Source: the human T2T-CHM13v2.0 reference genome, Homo sapiens
Assembly (NCBI RefSeq): GCF_009914755.1
Contig: NC_060931.1
Direction: 5' to 3' (one strand)
Length of the DNA stretch: 64,000 nt
Positions 61,100 to 64,000 of the stretch are shown here, piece after piece. Below the pieces are notes generated by a model, which made no database searches, was not told the origin of the DNA, and saw only the letters and a list, made by a program, of their open reading frames with translations. How positions within the stretch are numbered: the first letter of the stretch is position 1; each line of letters opens with the position of its first letter. The translations under genes and the position numbers were made by a program.

Positions 61100-62161
61100 T
61101 GTTGTGGGAAGTCAGGGACCCCAAATGGAGGGACCAGCTGAAGCCATGGCAGAAGAACATAAATTGTGAATATTTCATGGACATTTATTAGTTCCCCAAA
61201 TTAATACTTTCATAATTTCTTATGCCTGTCTTTACTGCAATCTCTGAACATAAATTGTGAAGATTTAATGGACATTTATCACTTCCTCAATCAATACTCT
61301 TGTGATTTCCTATGCCTGTCTTTACTTTAATCTCTTAATCCCGTCATCTTCGTGCGCTGAGGATGAATGTCGTTTCAGGACAGTGTGATGATTGCATTAA
61401 CTGCACAAATTTTTTAAACAATATGAAATCTGGGCACCTTGAAAAAAGAACAGGATAACAGTGATGTTCAGAGAACAAGGGAGATAACCATTAGGTCTGG
61501 CTGCCTGAGAACCAGGCGGAACAGAGCCATATTTCTCTTCTTTCAAAAGCAAATAGGAGAAATATCACTGAATTCTTTTTCACAGCAAGGAACAGCCCTG
61601 AGAAAGAGAATGCCTTCCTAGGGGTAGGCCTCTGAAATGGCCGCTCTGGGAACGTCTGTCTTTTATGGTTGTAGATAAGGGATGAAATAAGCCCCGGTCT
61701 CCCATAGCACTACCAAGCCTACTAGGAGGAGGAAATTCCTGCCTAATAAATTTTGGTCAGACCAGTTGTCTGCTGCCAAACCCTGTCTCCTGATAAGATG
61801 TTATCAATGACAATGCATGCCCGAAACTTCATTAGCAATTTTAGTTTGGCCCGGTCCTGTGATCTTGCCCTACCTCCATTTGCTTTGTAATATTTTATTA
61901 CCTTGTGAAGCATGTGATCTCTGTGACCCACACCCTATTCATACACTCCCTCCCCTTTTGAAAATCACTAATAAAAACTTGCTGGTTTTGTGGCTTGCGG
62001 GGCATCATGGAACCTGCCAACATGTGATGTCTCCCCCGCACACCCAGCTTTAAAATTTCTCTCTTTTGTACTCTTTCCGTTTATTTCTCAGACCAGCCGA
62101 CACTTAGGGAAAATAGAAAGGGACTCACATTGAAATATCGGGGGCTGAATTTCCCCCAATA
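61100..62161 (+). mobile_element. MER11 solo LTR (HERV-K HML-8 family), complete
   Basis: TGTTGTGGGAAGTCAGGGACCCC start, internal GAACATAAATTGTGAA duplication, AATAAA near 61970, 1062 bp; 6-bp TSD AGATCA at 61094-61099 and 62162-62167. Confidence 0.93.
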
Positions 62162-63779
62162 AGATCACATTACTTTAATTTTTAAAATGATATTTCTTAT
62201 AAATTTCCTTTCTGAAAAGACAATTATATTATTTCTTAAAGAGTAAACTACTATTCAGTACCTGAAGGATAATCTGTAGGTTTGTTCTTATCTTTAAAGA
62301 GCTGTACTCATCAGAAAGCACTCAACTCACAGCATGGGTAGCATCAGCATGCTGTAACCTGAATCAAGAATAATAGCACTTGAATAATTCCCTCTGATGT
62401 GTTCATAATGATTTCTCAAAAAAGAGTTTTGGAAATGACATGAAGCAATTTTCTTTCTGCTGAGCTTCAGTCTAAGGGGTATTGGCACTGGGCTTAGAGG
62501 GAATGTAGATTATGCTCTTCTTTTTCTATTTTACATTCTTAACTCTCTACTTTGGAGACTGCTAAATTGATTTAATTTATTTTCCAAACAATTCCTAATT
62601 AATCACAATTATTTTGATATTTTAGAAATTCAAAATGCCAAAAAAAAAAAAAAAAGAAATTCCAAACAACTCACATGTTTCATTTTAACAGGACTCCTTT
62701 ATTTGTGGACTATGATTGGTAATATCTTAAGCGGCACCCAGCCAAACACAAAACATTCAAGCTTCTAAATTTATTCATTAAAGAATTCTGACACTCTAAA
62801 TTAGGCACTGTCTGTTCTTCATACTTACTATTATCAGCAAGTGTACCCCTTCCCATACATATACACCAGAAAATAAATATCAGTAGAGACTCAGATAAAT
62901 ACCTGAATTGAATAATATTGATAAACCTGATTCAACATTTATTTGCTCCTTGATCTTGTGTTGGGATATAAGATAAGTAAGTTATCCAGCAAAACTCAGG
63001 CTTTTTGTCTTAATGAAACACGTATATGATAGAAAATGGAGCTCACATAAAAATCGAATTATGAATGTGTCTCAGTATCCTACAATAAATCAAATTTATG
63101 CTAATGAAGAAAAGAGCATTACAGATTTTTATTTTATTTCTATTTTCTATGTGTGCCCTTCCCCTCTCCATTTTTAGAGTTCTTTATGGGGGTAATAGTG
63201 AGGGGCAGACAGATGTATCTTCATGAAGTAGTGTGAGGAAAATACTTTGAAGTCTGTTAATTTATGTAAAAACTTGTCCCTCCCTCTCTTTGCAAAAGCA
63301 AATTACATTGCTAATTAATGTAAGAAACATAAGAAAGGTATAAGATTACTCTAAGGAAGAGAAAAATATAACACTGTCAGTTTCAGGTTTCCATAACATA
63401 TACTTCAGAGGAGGCTGATGCTCATCTTTGCATATCTGACATTCAGGGACATCACCACCAAGAAGCTGTTTGGAATTCTGCATTCTGTTCTTCATAAAAA
63501 TCCCATGATACTTCCCAGCAGAAGACACTAGTTTTGAGAAAAAGTTTCTCCCTAAAGGATATTGGCAACTCACAAAAAATACATTTTGGGGTGCAGTTTT
63601 TATAACTCAAAGAATTTCATGCATATGTAACCAGCCTCTGGCGTAAGAAAAGCAACCTTTCCAGCATCCAGAATGACCTTTTGTTTTCCTTCCCATTACT
63701 GCCTTCCATCAATATCCTGACTTCTAACAGTGTGGATTAAATTTGTCCACTCTTGCACTTTATATAAATAGAATCAAAT

Positions 63780-64000
63780 TGTGTCTTGGTTCCCCAAGAG
63801 TACCTTCCAACTTGATGGTTTGCTAAGAAAGACTCACAAGAATCAGAAGCTATTTATACACACACAATATACTGTAGCAAACAAATATAAATTAAAATCA
63901 GCAAAAGAAAAGAGCAGATGGGACAAAGTCCAGGAGAAACCAGACCCACACTTTCATGTGTTTCCTTTAGTGGAGTTGCATGGGCTCACATGGAATCTCA
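63780..64000 (-). mobile_element. MER21/MER77-group LTR, running off the window
   Basis: TGTGTCTTGGTTCCCCAAG...GACTCACAAGAATCAG...AAAATCAGCAAAAG...GTCCAGGAGAAACCAG. Confidence 0.6.

Noticed and set aside
63346-63573. Minus-strand 75-aa ORF with a CxxC motif in unique DNA
   Set aside because: Non-ATG start, no flanking splice sites, no recognisable domain

Overview
AT-rich, repeat-dense primate (almost certainly human/great-ape) non-coding DNA, intronic or intergenic. I could not support any host protein-coding gene. Nearly all ORFs in the track come from L1, Alu, SVA, LTR or Tigger1 sequence, or are random. Main content: a 5'-truncated young L1PA (minus, 9990-14587) with an internal endonuclease-domain deletion; a full-length SVA (plus, 27158-28934); a full-length older L1PA (minus, 46056-52210) whose antisense ORF0 is still open (110 aa); near-full Tigger1, Tigger3, MER30, MER20 and MER53 DNA transposons; solo LTRs (MER11, MLT1C, MER52, MST); about 20 Alus; and many L2/MIR/L1M relics. 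Subfamily names are from memory of consensus sequences and need RepeatMasker/Dfam confirmation. The most interesting observations are retrotransposition and repair fossils readable from the sequence: an apparent ancient L1 3' transduction, a polyadenylated LTR8 retrocopy, a mini-Alu with both ends and TSD intact, a tandem duplication spanning an Alu tail and its TSD, and a cluster of palindromes. Two well-formed plus-strand candidate exons lie just upstream of the sense SVA. I see no convincing new biological system.
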